Positions 8,246 through 18,683 of a stretch of 64,000 nt of DNA are shown here, piece by piece (position 1 is the stretch's first letter; every line of letters begins with the position of its first letter). The position numbers were made by a program, and so were the translations under genes. The stretch is from Clostridia bacterium. Lineage in GTDB: Bacteria > Bacillota > Clostridia > TANB77 > CAG-508. Under the pieces are notes generated by a model, which saw only the letters and a program-made list of their open reading frames with translations, ran no database searches and was not told the origin of the DNA. The DNA is taken from NCBI GenBank assembly GCA_900752335.1, contig CAADUZ010000007.1, forward strand, positions 29,388 to 93,387. Reading direction: 5' to 3'.

Positions 8246-9445
8246 TTATTTATTTAATTCTTCTATTGCTCTTTTTAGCTGTGTGTCATTTTCTCTTGTT
8301 AGTTCTTCTATTCCTTCTGGTAATTCTACTGTAATGTCTGGCTCTATTCCTATTTTATTTATTTTGTTTCTATTTGGTGTACAGTATTCTTCTGTTGTTA
8401 TTTTTATTCCGCTTCCATCTGCTAATCTCATTAATGACTGTATAACACCTTTTCCATATGTTTTTGTTCCTATTATTGTTGCTTTTCCATTATCTTTTAA
8501 TGCTCCCGCAAATATTTCTGATGCACTTGCTGAAGTTTCATTTACTAGTACTACTACTGGTATGTCTATTATTGGATTTTTACTTGATTTTGTTATTTCT
8601 TCATTTCCATGTTTATCTGTTTCTATTAATAGTGTGCTGGCTTTGTCACATATCATTTCTAACATGTCTATTGCTTCGTCAACAACACCACCGCCATTGC
8701 TACGTATGTCTATTATTAATGAGGTTGCCCCTTGCTTCTTTAATGCTTCATAGTTTTCTTTAAATTCTTCTGCTGTTCCGCCGTCAAAGTCTAATACTTG
8801 TATGTATGCTATATTATTTTCTAGCATTTCTGATTTTATGTGGCTTACTTCTATTCGTTTTCTTTCAACCTCTAAATCTATTTTTTCTTCTCCACGAGTT
8901 ATCTCTAGTTGTACTGTTGTTCCCTCTTCTCCTTTTATTTCGTTTGATAAATCTGATACTGTTTCTGGTGTTAGTTCTTTTCCATTTACTTTTGTTATCA
9001 TATCTCCTGCTTGTATTCCCTTTTCTAATGCTGGAGAACCATCCATAACACTTACCACTTCAATAGTACCTTCTTCATAGTTTACTATCATATATATTCC
9101 AATTCCCACATAATTTCCTACTGCTGCATCGTATTGGTCGTCCATTTCTTCTTTAGTGTAGTATACTGTGTATTCGTCCCCAACACCTGCTACATAGCCT
9201 TTTATTGCAGTTTCTAACATTTGCTCGTCGTCTAATTCCCCTATATATTCGTCTTGTAGCAATGTTCGTATATACGCAAGGGTTGTTTCTATTCCCGTTG
9301 TTCCATCTCCTTCTGCAATTTTTTCTACACTTGATTTTGCAGTTATCCTTTCTGTAACAACCACTGCTGTTAATAGTGAAGATACTAATGCAGTTATTAC
9401 AACAAGCATTATTACTTTATAAATTTTCTCGCTTTTTTCACTCAT
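8246..9445 (-). CDS. ctpA: Carboxy-terminal processing (S41) peptidase with PDZ domain
   Basis: 399 aa with an N-terminal TM, a PDZ-like region (GSPALEKGIQAGDMITKVNG) and S41 blocks (LIIDIRSNGGG, NETSASASEIFAGALKD, GTKTYGKG). Confidence 0.9.
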   Translation of the reverse strand: MSEKSEKIYKVIMLVVITALVSSLLTAVVVTERITAKSSVEKIAEGDGTTGIETTLAYIRTLLQDEYIGELDDEQMLETAIKGYVAGVGDEYTVYYTKEEMDDQYDAAVGNYVGIGIYMIVNYEEGTIEVVSVMDGSPALEKGIQAGDMITKVNGKELTPETVSDLSNEIKGEEGTTVQLEITRGEEKIDLEVERKRIEVSHIKSEMLENNIAYIQVLDFDGGTAEEFKENYEALKKQGATSLIIDIRSNGGGVVDEAIDMLEMICDKASTLLIETDKHGNEEITKSSKNPIIDIPVVVLVNETSASASEIFAGALKDNGKATIIGTKTYGKGVIQSLMRLADGSGIKITTEEYCTPNRNKINKIGIEPDITVELPEGIEELTRENDTQLKRAIEELNK

Positions 9446-9632
9446 TAATAAATCATTTCCTTTCTTTTGGCTTTTCCAATGTATTACATATATATGTATA
9501 ATTAACTAGTTATATGAGATTGCTAAAAATCTAGCAATCTCATTTTTTCCCACTTTTATTTGCATTTATTTATTATTTATTAATTTGGCTTTAGTTTTAT
9601 ATTTGTTATTTTCTTATCTTTATACTATTTTT

Positions 9633-10835
9633 TTACGTTGTTGGCGCTTTTACAAATTGCCATGGACTTGTACAGCTGCCATTTACTCTTACTTCAAAGT
9701 GTAAATGTGGTCCTGTTGAATTTCCTGTTGAGCCTACTTCCATTATTGTTTCGCCTTTTTTTACTTTTTTGTTTACAGAAGTTAATATTTTGTTTCCATG
9801 ACCGTATAGTGTAACAACACCTTCGCCATGATTTATCATTACACAGTTGCCATATCCACCAAGCCATCCTGCATATGTAACTACCCCATCTGCTGCAGCA
9901 ACTACTGGCGTTCCTGTTGGTGTATTTCCTATATCTATTCCAGTATGTTCTTTTATTACACCTTGTATAGGGTGCTCTCTTACACCATAGTCTGAAGTTA
10001 TTACTGTACCGCTTATAGCAACTGGCCATAGCATTTCGCCACCTGTATATTGTATATCTGGGTTTATTACATTTGTTGCAAGTAATATTTGTCTTTCTAT
10101 CTCTGCTTGGTCATTTTTATATTCTGTAATTTGCTCCTGCAACTTTTTCTCGTCTGCTGATAATTCATTTATGTAACTTTTTTGCAATGTTTGCATATTG
10201 CTTAAAACTATTGTTGTTTGCTCGTTTTTTGCTTTTACAATTTTTATTTCTGCTTGTTCATTTTCAAGCTTTTGCTTTGTTTGTTCTATGTTATTTTTTT
10301 CTTGTTCTACTTCATTTATTAAAATACTATCATATTCTGCTACTTCTTGTATTATGTAGTAACGTGATATAAATTCTGTTATGCTTTTTGATTTTAGTAG
10401 TACGTCCAAGTACTGGGTATCTCCCGCTTCATACATAGCTACTAATCTTCTTGCCAACATATCACTTTTTTCTTCATAATTCTGTGAAGCAATTTGTAAC
10501 TTTGCCGTAGATTCGTCTATCGATTTTTGCAATGTATCCATCTTTTCGCCAAGTTCTGCTACTTCTTTTTTGTATTTTAGTATTTTATCTTCTGTTTCTT
10601 GAACTTTTAACATTGTATCAGACATTTCGCCTTGAACATATTCAAGTTCTATATTTGCTTCTTTTAATTTATCTTCTACCTCTTCTTTTTGTTTTTCTAG
10701 TTCATCTGTTATATTATTAGTTACACTATTTGTTATTTCATTTGTTACGGAATCATTAGCAAATACAAAAACACAGAAATATTGTAATATTAAGAATATT
10801 AATATTAGAGAAACTATTTTCTTTTTCATATTCAC
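9633..10835 (-). CDS. Coiled-coil M23 peptidoglycan DD-metalloendopeptidase (EnvC-like architecture)
   Basis: 400 aa: signal peptide, long E/K/Q-rich coiled coil, then an M23 domain with HTGIDIG and GPHLHFEV. Confidence 0.9.
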   Translation of the reverse strand: MNMKKKIVSLILIFLILQYFCVFVFANDSVTNEITNSVTNNITDELEKQKEEVEDKLKEANIELEYVQGEMSDTMLKVQETEDKILKYKKEVAELGEKMDTLQKSIDESTAKLQIASQNYEEKSDMLARRLVAMYEAGDTQYLDVLLKSKSITEFISRYYIIQEVAEYDSILINEVEQEKNNIEQTKQKLENEQAEIKIVKAKNEQTTIVLSNMQTLQKSYINELSADEKKLQEQITEYKNDQAEIERQILLATNVINPDIQYTGGEMLWPVAISGTVITSDYGVREHPIQGVIKEHTGIDIGNTPTGTPVVAAADGVVTYAGWLGGYGNCVMINHGEGVVTLYGHGNKILTSVNKKVKKGETIMEVGSTGNSTGPHLHFEVRVNGSCTSPWQFVKAPTT

Positions 10836-10859
10836 TAATTCCTTTCTATAATTTTTCTA

Positions 10860-12008
10860 TTAATATAATGTTGGGTGTGAAGTATATTGTAATGGATCTA
10901 CTCTACAGTCTAGGCTTAATCCTCCAATGTATACTTCAAAGTGTAAGTGTGGTCCTGTTGAGTTTCCAGTGTTTCCTGAAACTGCTATTTGCTGTCCACG
11001 TGATACTGTATCTCCTGCACTTACATTAAATGAATCTAAATGTCCATATGCTGTATAGTATCCATTTCCATGGTCTATTTCTATGTAATTTCCATATCCA
11101 CTCATCCAGCCTGCACTAACGATTACACCATCTGCTGCTGAATAAACAGGTTCATATGACACACCTATATCCACTGCACCATGGTTTGTTGATGCTCCTG
11201 GTAATGGTGCTGGACGTTGTCCAAAGAATGAAGTTATTATATTATATCCATATGAACTTGAAGATAGTGGCCAACTTAATACTCCATCAAAGCTTCCTTC
11301 GTAGTAGTAGTCGTTGTTACTTTGAGCACTTTGTCTTTTTGCTTCTTCTATTTGCTCTTCAAATTCGTCTATTTGTGCTTGCAATTCTTGCTCTTCTGCA
11401 GATAATTCGTCTACTTTTGATTCTTTCTCTAGCTTTGCAACTTCCAAGCTTGCACTTTTTTCTTCTACTTCTTGTTTAGAACTATCTACTTCTTCTTTTT
11501 CCTCTTCTAGCTCTTTCTTTTTATTCTCTGTTTCTGTTTGTTTTGTTTTTATAGAGTCTATTACAGATTGGTCTGCTTCTGCAATTTCTTCTATTCTGTA
11601 GTAGTTAGATATTAATGAAGTAATATCTTCTGAACCTAAAAGTGCATCTAAATATGTAGTTTGTCCTCTTTCATATATAGCTACTAGTCTTTCTATTAAT
11701 AAAGCTTCTTTTTCGTCTATTTCTTTTTCTAATTCTTTAATTGCTTCTTCATTTTCTTTAATAGATTCTTCTAAAGAATCTATTTTGTTATTTAGTTTTT
11801 CTATTTCTGCTTCATATTTATTTATTTGAACATTTAGTTCACTAATTTCGTCTAATACTGAATTTTTCTCTGCTGTAACCTCATCCATTTGCGCTTCTGT
11901 TTCATCTTTTTGGTCTTGCAATTCTCCTACACTTGCTGCAAATGAACTTACTGTACATATTCCTAATACACAAAGAATTAAAATTATGGACACTATCTTT
12001 TTTATCAT
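10860..12008 (-). CDS. Coiled-coil M23 peptidoglycan DD-metalloendopeptidase, tandem paralog
   Basis: 382 aa with the same architecture as the previous gene. M23 motifs HGAVDIG and GPHLHFEV. Confidence 0.9.
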   Translation of the reverse strand: MIKKIVSIILILCVLGICTVSSFAASVGELQDQKDETEAQMDEVTAEKNSVLDEISELNVQINKYEAEIEKLNNKIDSLEESIKENEEAIKELEKEIDEKEALLIERLVAIYERGQTTYLDALLGSEDITSLISNYYRIEEIAEADQSVIDSIKTKQTETENKKKELEEEKEEVDSSKQEVEEKSASLEVAKLEKESKVDELSAEEQELQAQIDEFEEQIEEAKRQSAQSNNDYYYEGSFDGVLSWPLSSSSYGYNIITSFFGQRPAPLPGASTNHGAVDIGVSYEPVYSAADGVIVSAGWMSGYGNYIEIDHGNGYYTAYGHLDSFNVSAGDTVSRGQQIAVSGNTGNSTGPHLHFEVYIGGLSLDCRVDPLQYTSHPTLY

Positions 12009-12095
12009 AAGATTTTCTCTCCTTTTTATTTATCTTATAAATTTAATGTTATTAGCTTTTCGCTTTATCATTTGTTTAATTTATAAATATATTTT

Positions 12096-13022
12096 TTACA
12101 CTTCTAGGTATTTTCTCATTGATATTGCACTACCTATAGTACCTATACCAATTCCCATAACTATATATACTGTAAGCAATGTTGAAAGCATATCAGAGAA
12201 TGTTAGTAAATTTAAATCTAATGTAGCCATTGTGCCACCGTTTGTCATGCCACCTGCTATAAAGTTATATGTAAATCCTAGTACAACAACTGTTATAAGT
12301 GCCGCTATAATACCTATTAAAATACCTTCTACCATGAATGGCCATCTTATAAATCCATTAGTTGCACCTACATATTTCATAATAGATATTTCTTTTCTTC
12401 TTGCATGAACTGTAAGTTTTATTGTATTTGCTATAATGAATATTGAAATAAGTATTAGTAGTACTAAAATAACACCGGTTGCAGTTCTTATTCCATTTGC
12501 TATATCAACAAGTTTGTTTATTGTGTCGTTTCCAACTGTAATACTTGCAACATTTTCGAATGTATTAATTTGTTCCTCTACCTCGTCGCTTTTAGTTAAA
12601 TCTGTTAGAGTTATTACATACGAAGCTTTAAAAGGATTTTCTTCTCCTGAATATGGATCTAATAATGAAGAATCTTCTCCAAGCCATGATTTCATATCAT
12701 TTAAAGCTTGCTCTTGTGATACATATTCTATTGTATTTACATATTGAATTGCTTTTATTTTTGTTTCTAACTCTTTTTCCTGTTCTGCTGTAGCATCAGG
12801 ATTTATAAATATTTGCATTGCTTGGTCTGACTGCACTTGTTCTATAATATAATTTACGTTTTCTCCTATTAAAAAGAAGATTCCAAATATAAACATTGTA
12901 GCACACATGATAATTAATGATGCCGCTGTTGATTTTTTATTCTTAAAAAAGTTTCTAAAACCTTCTCCTATTAAATAACCAAAAATACTATACTTCACTA
13001 TCATACCCACCTTTTTTATCAT
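12096..13022 (-). CDS. ftsX: Cell-division ABC transporter permease-like protein FtsX
   Basis: 308 aa with the typical FtsX topology (GEGFRNFFKNKK..., large extracellular loop, 3 C-terminal TMs). It overlaps the ftsE stop. The ATG at 13004, preceded by AAGGTGGG, may be the real start. Confidence 0.88.
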   Translation of the reverse strand: MIKKVGMIVKYSIFGYLIGEGFRNFFKNKKSTAASLIIMCATMFIFGIFFLIGENVNYIIEQVQSDQAMQIFINPDATAEQEKELETKIKAIQYVNTIEYVSQEQALNDMKSWLGEDSSLLDPYSGEENPFKASYVITLTDLTKSDEVEEQINTFENVASITVGNDTINKLVDIANGIRTATGVILVLLILISIFIIANTIKLTVHARRKEISIMKYVGATNGFIRWPFMVEGILIGIIAALITVVVLGFTYNFIAGGMTNGGTMATLDLNLLTFSDMLSTLLTVYIVMGIGIGTIGSAISMRKYLEV

Positions 13023-13674
13023 CTCTTATTATATTGCCTTTTTCGATTTGAATAACCCTTTTCTTCATCTTATCCACAATATCTTTAGCATGTGTTGCAA
13101 CAACAACGGTCGTGCCTCTTCCATTTATATCATTAAGCAAACTCATAATTTCCCATGCTGTATCTGGGTCTAGGTTTCCAGTTGGCTCGTCCGCAATTAT
13201 CATAGATGGATTATTAACCAAAGCTCTAGCTAGAGCCACTCTTTGTTGCTCTCCACCAGATAATTCATTTGGATATACTTTTGCCTTATCACTTAAACCA
13301 ACCAAAGATAAAACCATAGGTACTTGTCTTCTTATGTGCTTTGGTGTAGCTCTTACAATATACATTGCATATGCAACATTGTCGTAAACAGTTCTATCTG
13401 GCAACAACCTGAAATCTTGGAAAACAACCCCCATACTTCTCCTTAAAAAGGGAACTCTTTTTGGTTTTAAATATGTTGTATCTTTACCATTTATAATAAT
13501 ATGACCAGAAGTTGGCTCTTCCTCTTTTAAAATAAGTTTAATTAATGTAGACTTACCAGAACCAGAACTTCCTACTAAAAACGCAAACTCGCCCTTGTCT
13601 ATCTTGAAATTTGCATTATGAACAGCCTCTGTTCCCGTATCATATTTCTTGCTTACATTTCTAAACTCAATCAT
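12988..13674 (-). CDS. ftsE: Cell-division ATP-binding protein FtsE
   Basis: 228 aa with Walker A GSSGSGKST, ABC signature LSGGEQQR and Walker B IIADEPTGNLD. Confidence 0.95.
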   Translation of the reverse strand: MIEFRNVSKKYDTGTEAVHNANFKIDKGEFAFLVGSSGSGKSTLIKLILKEEEPTSGHIIINGKDTTYLKPKRVPFLRRSMGVVFQDFRLLPDRTVYDNVAYAMYIVRATPKHIRRQVPMVLSLVGLSDKAKVYPNELSGGEQQRVALARALVNNPSMIIADEPTGNLDPDTAWEIMSLLNDINGRGTTVVVATHAKDIVDKMKKRVIQIEKGNIIRDDKKGGYDSEV

Positions 13675-13906
13675 AATAATCTCCTTGTCACTTTCGTACT
13701 AATTTACTTCTATATCATAACAATAAAAATAAATATTTGCAATACTTTTTCACACAAAAAACAACATAAATTTTTCTTTTAAAAATAATTTATGTTGTTT
13801 TTATTACACCTATCTTTCTTTTACTCGTTTTTTGTTTTATTTTCGCATCATTGTCAATTTTTGTTATTTTTTCTTACTATAACTTTCTTTTTTAATCTGT
13901 CCCAAA

Positions 13907-13950
13907 AGGTGACAAAAGTGGCACTTTAGTGACAGGCACCAGAGTGACAC
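13907..13950. repeat. GC-richer intergenic motif cluster (CTGTCCC / GTGACA / TGGCAC words), possibly a diverged relative of the palindromic repeat family
   Basis: CTGTCCCAAAAGGTGACAAAAGTGGCACTTTAGTGACAGGCACCAGAGTGACAC shares TCTGTCCC and AAAAGTGG with the element at 44328-44461. The similarity is weak. Confidence 0.3.
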
Positions 13951-13957
13951 TTTTAAT

Positions 13958-14896
13958 TTAATTAAGTACCTTATTTATAATTGCCATACTGTCAATTTTA
14001 TAATATTTTAAAAGTTCTTCTGCTTTTCCACTTTCTCCAAATGTGTCCATGATTCCCATTCTTTCTACTTTACATGGATATTCTTCTGCTAATACTTCGC
14101 ATACACTGCTTCCAAGTCCACCTATTATATTATGGTCTTCTACTGTTATTATTCTTTTAGTTTCTTTTGCACATTTTACTATCATTTCTTTATCTATTGG
14201 TTTTATTGTGTGGAAGTCTATCACTCTTACATTTATTCCTTTTTGCTTTAATATTTCTTGTGCTTTTATTGCTTCTGACACAGTTACCCCTGTTGCAAAA
14301 ATAGATGCGTCTGTGCCTTCTCCTATTTGTACTGCTTTTCCTATTTCGAATCTGTTTATTTCATCTACTGGTTCATATATTATTGGAGTTGCTAATCTGC
14401 ACAATCTTAAGTATACTGGTCCTTTTATTTTTGATATTTCTCTTACTGCCCATCTGGTTTGAGTATCGTCCGAAGTACACATTACTGTCATGTTTGGCAA
14501 GCTTCTCATTAAGCTTAAGTCTTCTAACATTTGGTGTGTGGCTCCATCTTCTCCAACAGTTATTCCAGCATGTGTAGCACATATTTTTACGTTTAGTTTT
14601 GGATATGCTATACTGTTTCGTATTTGTTCATATGCTCTTCCTGCCGCAAATACTGCAAATGTACTTGCATATGGTATTTTTCCAAATGTTGATAGTCCTG
14701 CAGCTATTCCCATAAGGTTTTGTTCTGCTATTCCTACATTTATAAATCTATCTGGGAACTTTTTTGCAAATATTTCTGTTTTTGTTGCTGTTGATAAGTC
14801 TGCATCAAGTACCACAATATTTTTGTTTTCTTCTCCTAGCCTTGCAAGTTCTTCGCCATAGCTTTGTCTTGTGGCTATTTTTATCTTTTCATTCAT
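13958..14896 (-). CDS. tkt: Transketolase, C-terminal (pyrimidine-binding) subunit
   Basis: 312 aa, typical of the split clostridial transketolase (FINVGIAEQNLMGIAAG, THAGITVGEDGATHQ). Confidence 0.93.
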   Translation of the reverse strand: MNEKIKIATRQSYGEELARLGEENKNIVVLDADLSTATKTEIFAKKFPDRFINVGIAEQNLMGIAAGLSTFGKIPYASTFAVFAAGRAYEQIRNSIAYPKLNVKICATHAGITVGEDGATHQMLEDLSLMRSLPNMTVMCTSDDTQTRWAVREISKIKGPVYLRLCRLATPIIYEPVDEINRFEIGKAVQIGEGTDASIFATGVTVSEAIKAQEILKQKGINVRVIDFHTIKPIDKEMIVKCAKETKRIITVEDHNIIGGLGSSVCEVLAEEYPCKVERMGIMDTFGESGKAEELLKYYKIDSMAIINKVLN

Positions 14897-14914
14897 GGTC
14901 CATCTCTTCCTTTC

Positions 14915-15751
14915 TTATATTTCTAACATTGATTTATTTAACTCTTCTATCGCCAAATTATATTCTTCCTCATTTGGCGCTTTTCCATGCCATGAAGCAT
15001 TATTTTCCATAAATGAAATACCTTTTCCTTTTACTGTTTTTGCTATAATTGCTGTGGGTTTTCCTTTTGTTTGTTTTGCTGTTGTAATTGCATCTATAAT
15101 TTCGTCAATATTATGTCCATTTATATTAACCACATTAAAGCCAAAACTTAAAAGTTTTTCAGTTATATTGCTCATTCCGCCTACTTTTTCTATTTCTCCA
15201 TCTATTTGCAAATTATTGTTGTCAAGAATAACACAAAGATTATCCAATTTATTTTTACTTGCTGCTGTTAAAGCCTCCCACACTTGACCTTCTTCTATCT
15301 CTCCATCACCTAATATGCAATAAATTTTACAACCTGCTTTATCCATTTTGGATGCAAGTGCCATTCCAACTCCTGCTGATAAACCTTGCCCCAACGAACC
15401 TGTTGTCATGTCCACCCCAGGAATATTTTTCATGTCTGGGTGTCCTTGTAATTTGCTTCCTATTTTTCTAAAGTTTTTCAATTCTTCTTTAGGAAAATAT
15501 CCTTTTTCTGCAAGTACAGCATATAGTGCTGGCGAAGCATGCCCTTTTGAGAGAATAAGTCTATCTCTATTTGGATCTTCCGGCTTCTTCTCATCAATAT
15601 TCATTTGGTTAAAATATAATACTGTTAAGATATCTGCACATGATAGTGCTCCGCCCGGGTGGCCAGATTTTGCACTATACACTTCTTCTATTATGTCTTT
15701 TCTTACTTCTATTGCAATTTTCTTTAAAGCTTCTACATTTGTAATTTTCAT
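14915..15751 (-). CDS. tkt: Transketolase, N-terminal (TPP-binding) subunit
   Basis: 278 aa with SGHPGGALS, LSKGHASPALY and GDGEIEEGQVWEA motifs. Confidence 0.93.
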   Translation of the reverse strand: MKITNVEALKKIAIEVRKDIIEEVYSAKSGHPGGALSCADILTVLYFNQMNIDEKKPEDPNRDRLILSKGHASPALYAVLAEKGYFPKEELKNFRKIGSKLQGHPDMKNIPGVDMTTGSLGQGLSAGVGMALASKMDKAGCKIYCILGDGEIEEGQVWEALTAASKNKLDNLCVILDNNNLQIDGEIEKVGGMSNITEKLLSFGFNVVNINGHNIDEIIDAITTAKQTKGKPTAIIAKTVKGKGISFMENNASWHGKAPNEEEYNLAIEELNKSMLEI

Positions 15752-15803
15752 TTTTTATCCTTTCCTGCTTTATATAAGCAAATATAAAGATTTTTCTAGT
15801 AAC

Positions 15804-18668
15804 TTATTCTATAACTGCATTCGCCATAATATTGGTATCATTTATACTTTCGTTTGCAATTTCATTTTGCTCTTCTTTTCTTTCCTCTTCAACTAATTTT
15901 TCTAATCTATCAATTAAGTCTTGAAGTCGTTGTATATCTTTTCCCATCATTTCAAAGTCCGAATTAGAAGTTGATTCTTTTAAATTTCCATTTGCTTTTA
16001 TTATTGCATCTATCAAATCGTCTACATTATCTGGATTTTCCACTTCAATATTCACTGCGTATTGTGATACAAGGTTTTGTAAAGCTTCTTCTAAATCATT
16101 TCCTATTGCTAATTTGTTTCCAGAAGCTACAATTACTTTTTTAAGTGTAGGCACAGAATCTTCTTCATTTATATACTCTTGATATACAGGCTCTACATAT
16201 AAAAGTGTATTATTTAATGGTACTATAATCATATTTTTTGTAATTCTTGTTCCTGTTACATTTAGAGCTTCTATTTCATTTGATATTTCTTCGTCTTGCT
16301 CTATTTGAGTGTCTAATTGCATTGGTCCTAATATGTTGCTATCCGCTTCAAATTTATATATTGTAAGCTTTGGCTGTCCATTTTCATATGTTCCAACAGT
16401 ATATGATATTATATTTTGCTTCTCATTTGATGTAAATGGTAATACTAAACCTAGTTTACTTTCGTCCGATTCTATTGTATCAACCATTGTATAATATGGC
16501 TCTATTGTTGTACCAGTTTTTGTAGATACTCTTCCTGTGTTATGTGTTGCTATATCCCATACGTCATCTCCTCTGTATAATACGTCCGGTTGAATATCAT
16601 GATATCTTTTTATAATATCTGATTGTATATTATATAAAAATTCTGGATATATGAACTGGCTACTTATGTCGCTTGGTATATTTTCTTCTACAAATAAATC
16701 TGGATATATCTTTTTATATGCCATTGCTATTGGGTCTGTTTCGTCTGTTATATAAAAGCTTATATTGCCATTATATGCATTTATTAATACTTTTACAGAA
16801 TTTCGTATATAATTTAATTCTAGTTTAGTTAAAGTGTCTAGCTGCAATGTTGTTTTTTGCGAATATGGATAATTGTTTGAAGTTGTATATGCATCAAGTA
16901 CCCATATAAGTTCTCCTGCGTCATTTACTACCATGTATGGTTCTTCGTCATATAATAGATATGGCATTAAAGTTTTTGCTCTTTCTATTATATTTCTATT
17001 GGTTAAAATTTTACTATCACTATTTACATTTGCTGAAAATGCTAAATTTAAATCTCCTTCTTTTATTCCAAGTATAAATCTATCTATAAAGTTTAGGCTT
17101 AATCCAGCATCTCCTTCATATACATTTTCTGCATTTTCTGTGCTTGAAACTGGGTAATCAAATTCACTTCTGTTTTTGCTGTTTGTTACAATATTGTTAT
17201 TTGTTTGAAGTCCAAAATATATTCTTGGTTCTGAAACTGTTACTATATCTTTACTAGAAGCTTCATATCCCTTTTGCAATTTTACAAAATTTCCATTTGC
17301 ATCTGTTTTTGTTGCATCAGTTATAACTACACCATATCCATGTGTGTATTCATATGTTTGATTATTGTATGTTCCGTTTGCATTTGATATTTCCCTTGGA
17401 GATACATATACTAAATTCTGCTTTCCATTTACTCTATAACTTGCTATTTTAGCTGTATCATATGTATAATATCCCTTTTCAGTTTGAACTGTATTTAAAT
17501 CTTTTAATAGATTTTCTTCGTCTACAATTACTATATTGCTTATTGTATTAGATAATTCTGTTAAATTATCCTCTGTAATTGTTTCTCCTCCATTTTCTAT
17601 TGTATATACTTCTGAATTTATGTCATATCCTTCTTTTGTATATTCTATGTTATATCGTATATTTTGCTCTTCTTTATCAAGTTCATTTGGATTAACAAAT
17701 ATAAGTTGGAATAATGCCATTATTATTAATAAAATAATTAAATATGCTGGCACTACTAATATCCACATTATAACTTTTTTTGTTTTGCCTTGGTTAAATG
17801 CTCTTATTGCCATAAATACAGATAGTATTATAAGTATTGGCAATATTCTGTAACCCCATAGTTTTATGGTCGTGTCTGTAACACCGGCACCATAAATAGA
17901 ATAGGTTGTATCTTCTTGTAAATTCAAAAATTTGTCAAAGCCTATATTTAGTGTGCTTAATAGTACAAATCCTGCAACTAGTATTGCAAGTAATTTTATA
18001 TTAGTAAGTAATTGTTTTAATAATTTACTCTTTTTTAAAGTTTCTCTATCTACGCCATCAAAACAAATATTAAATACTGCTATATAGTATATAACTGTGT
18101 AAATTGTAAGACCTATAACTAATAATATTGCATACACAAATAGGGTTTCAATAAATGGTTTTTGGAACATGAAAAATCCTATATCAAGTCCAAATACCGG
18201 GTCTGTTCTTCCAAACCATGTGCTATTAGAAAACAGCATATATTGGTTTAGTATCACTTCTGTTGTAATTGCACTTACTATAACAGATAAAATAAGTGAT
18301 ACTGATTTATTTGGAAGCTTTGGCATTGTTCTTTTTTCCGATTCAAAGAATGGTTTTAAAGCATTTTTTATTCTGTTATTGTTTATATATATAATGCAAA
18401 ATAGTAAAACAAAGTTAATTGCAAATGCTATTGCAGTGTAATTAACATTTTGCCAAAATATGCTTACGTATTGTTCACCTATTTCTAATACTTCTAGGTA
18501 TTCTCCCCTATAAATTATATAGCCTACAATGGCTACAAGTAATATAAATAGTAAAACTATATACATTCTTGCTCTGCTTTTTTTAGGTGCTTTTTCTTGC
18601 TTAATCTCGTTTTTTATCTCTTTTTCATTAGATGTCTCCACAGTGCTTTTTATATTTTTTTCGCTCAT
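15804..18668 (-). CDS. UPF0182-family large membrane protein
   Basis: 954 aa: N-terminal polytopic region, then a large soluble part with RNIIERAKTLMPYLLYDEEPYMVV...WVLDAYTTSNNYPYS, which I recognise as UPF0182 (COG1615). Confidence 0.75.
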   Translation of the reverse strand: MSEKNIKSTVETSNEKEIKNEIKQEKAPKKSRARMYIVLLFILLVAIVGYIIYRGEYLEVLEIGEQYVSIFWQNVNYTAIAFAINFVLLFCIIYINNNRIKNALKPFFESEKRTMPKLPNKSVSLILSVIVSAITTEVILNQYMLFSNSTWFGRTDPVFGLDIGFFMFQKPFIETLFVYAILLVIGLTIYTVIYYIAVFNICFDGVDRETLKKSKLLKQLLTNIKLLAILVAGFVLLSTLNIGFDKFLNLQEDTTYSIYGAGVTDTTIKLWGYRILPILIILSVFMAIRAFNQGKTKKVIMWILVVPAYLIILLIIMALFQLIFVNPNELDKEEQNIRYNIEYTKEGYDINSEVYTIENGGETITEDNLTELSNTISNIVIVDEENLLKDLNTVQTEKGYYTYDTAKIASYRVNGKQNLVYVSPREISNANGTYNNQTYEYTHGYGVVITDATKTDANGNFVKLQKGYEASSKDIVTVSEPRIYFGLQTNNNIVTNSKNRSEFDYPVSSTENAENVYEGDAGLSLNFIDRFILGIKEGDLNLAFSANVNSDSKILTNRNIIERAKTLMPYLLYDEEPYMVVNDAGELIWVLDAYTTSNNYPYSQKTTLQLDTLTKLELNYIRNSVKVLINAYNGNISFYITDETDPIAMAYKKIYPDLFVEENIPSDISSQFIYPEFLYNIQSDIIKRYHDIQPDVLYRGDDVWDIATHNTGRVSTKTGTTIEPYYTMVDTIESDESKLGLVLPFTSNEKQNIISYTVGTYENGQPKLTIYKFEADSNILGPMQLDTQIEQDEEISNEIEALNVTGTRITKNMIIVPLNNTLLYVEPVYQEYINEEDSVPTLKKVIVASGNKLAIGNDLEEALQNLVSQYAVNIEVENPDNVDDLIDAIIKANGNLKESTSNSDFEMMGKDIQRLQDLIDRLEKLVEEERKEEQNEIANESINDTNIMANAVIE

Positions 18669-18683
18669 TTTTGCTCTCCTTTC

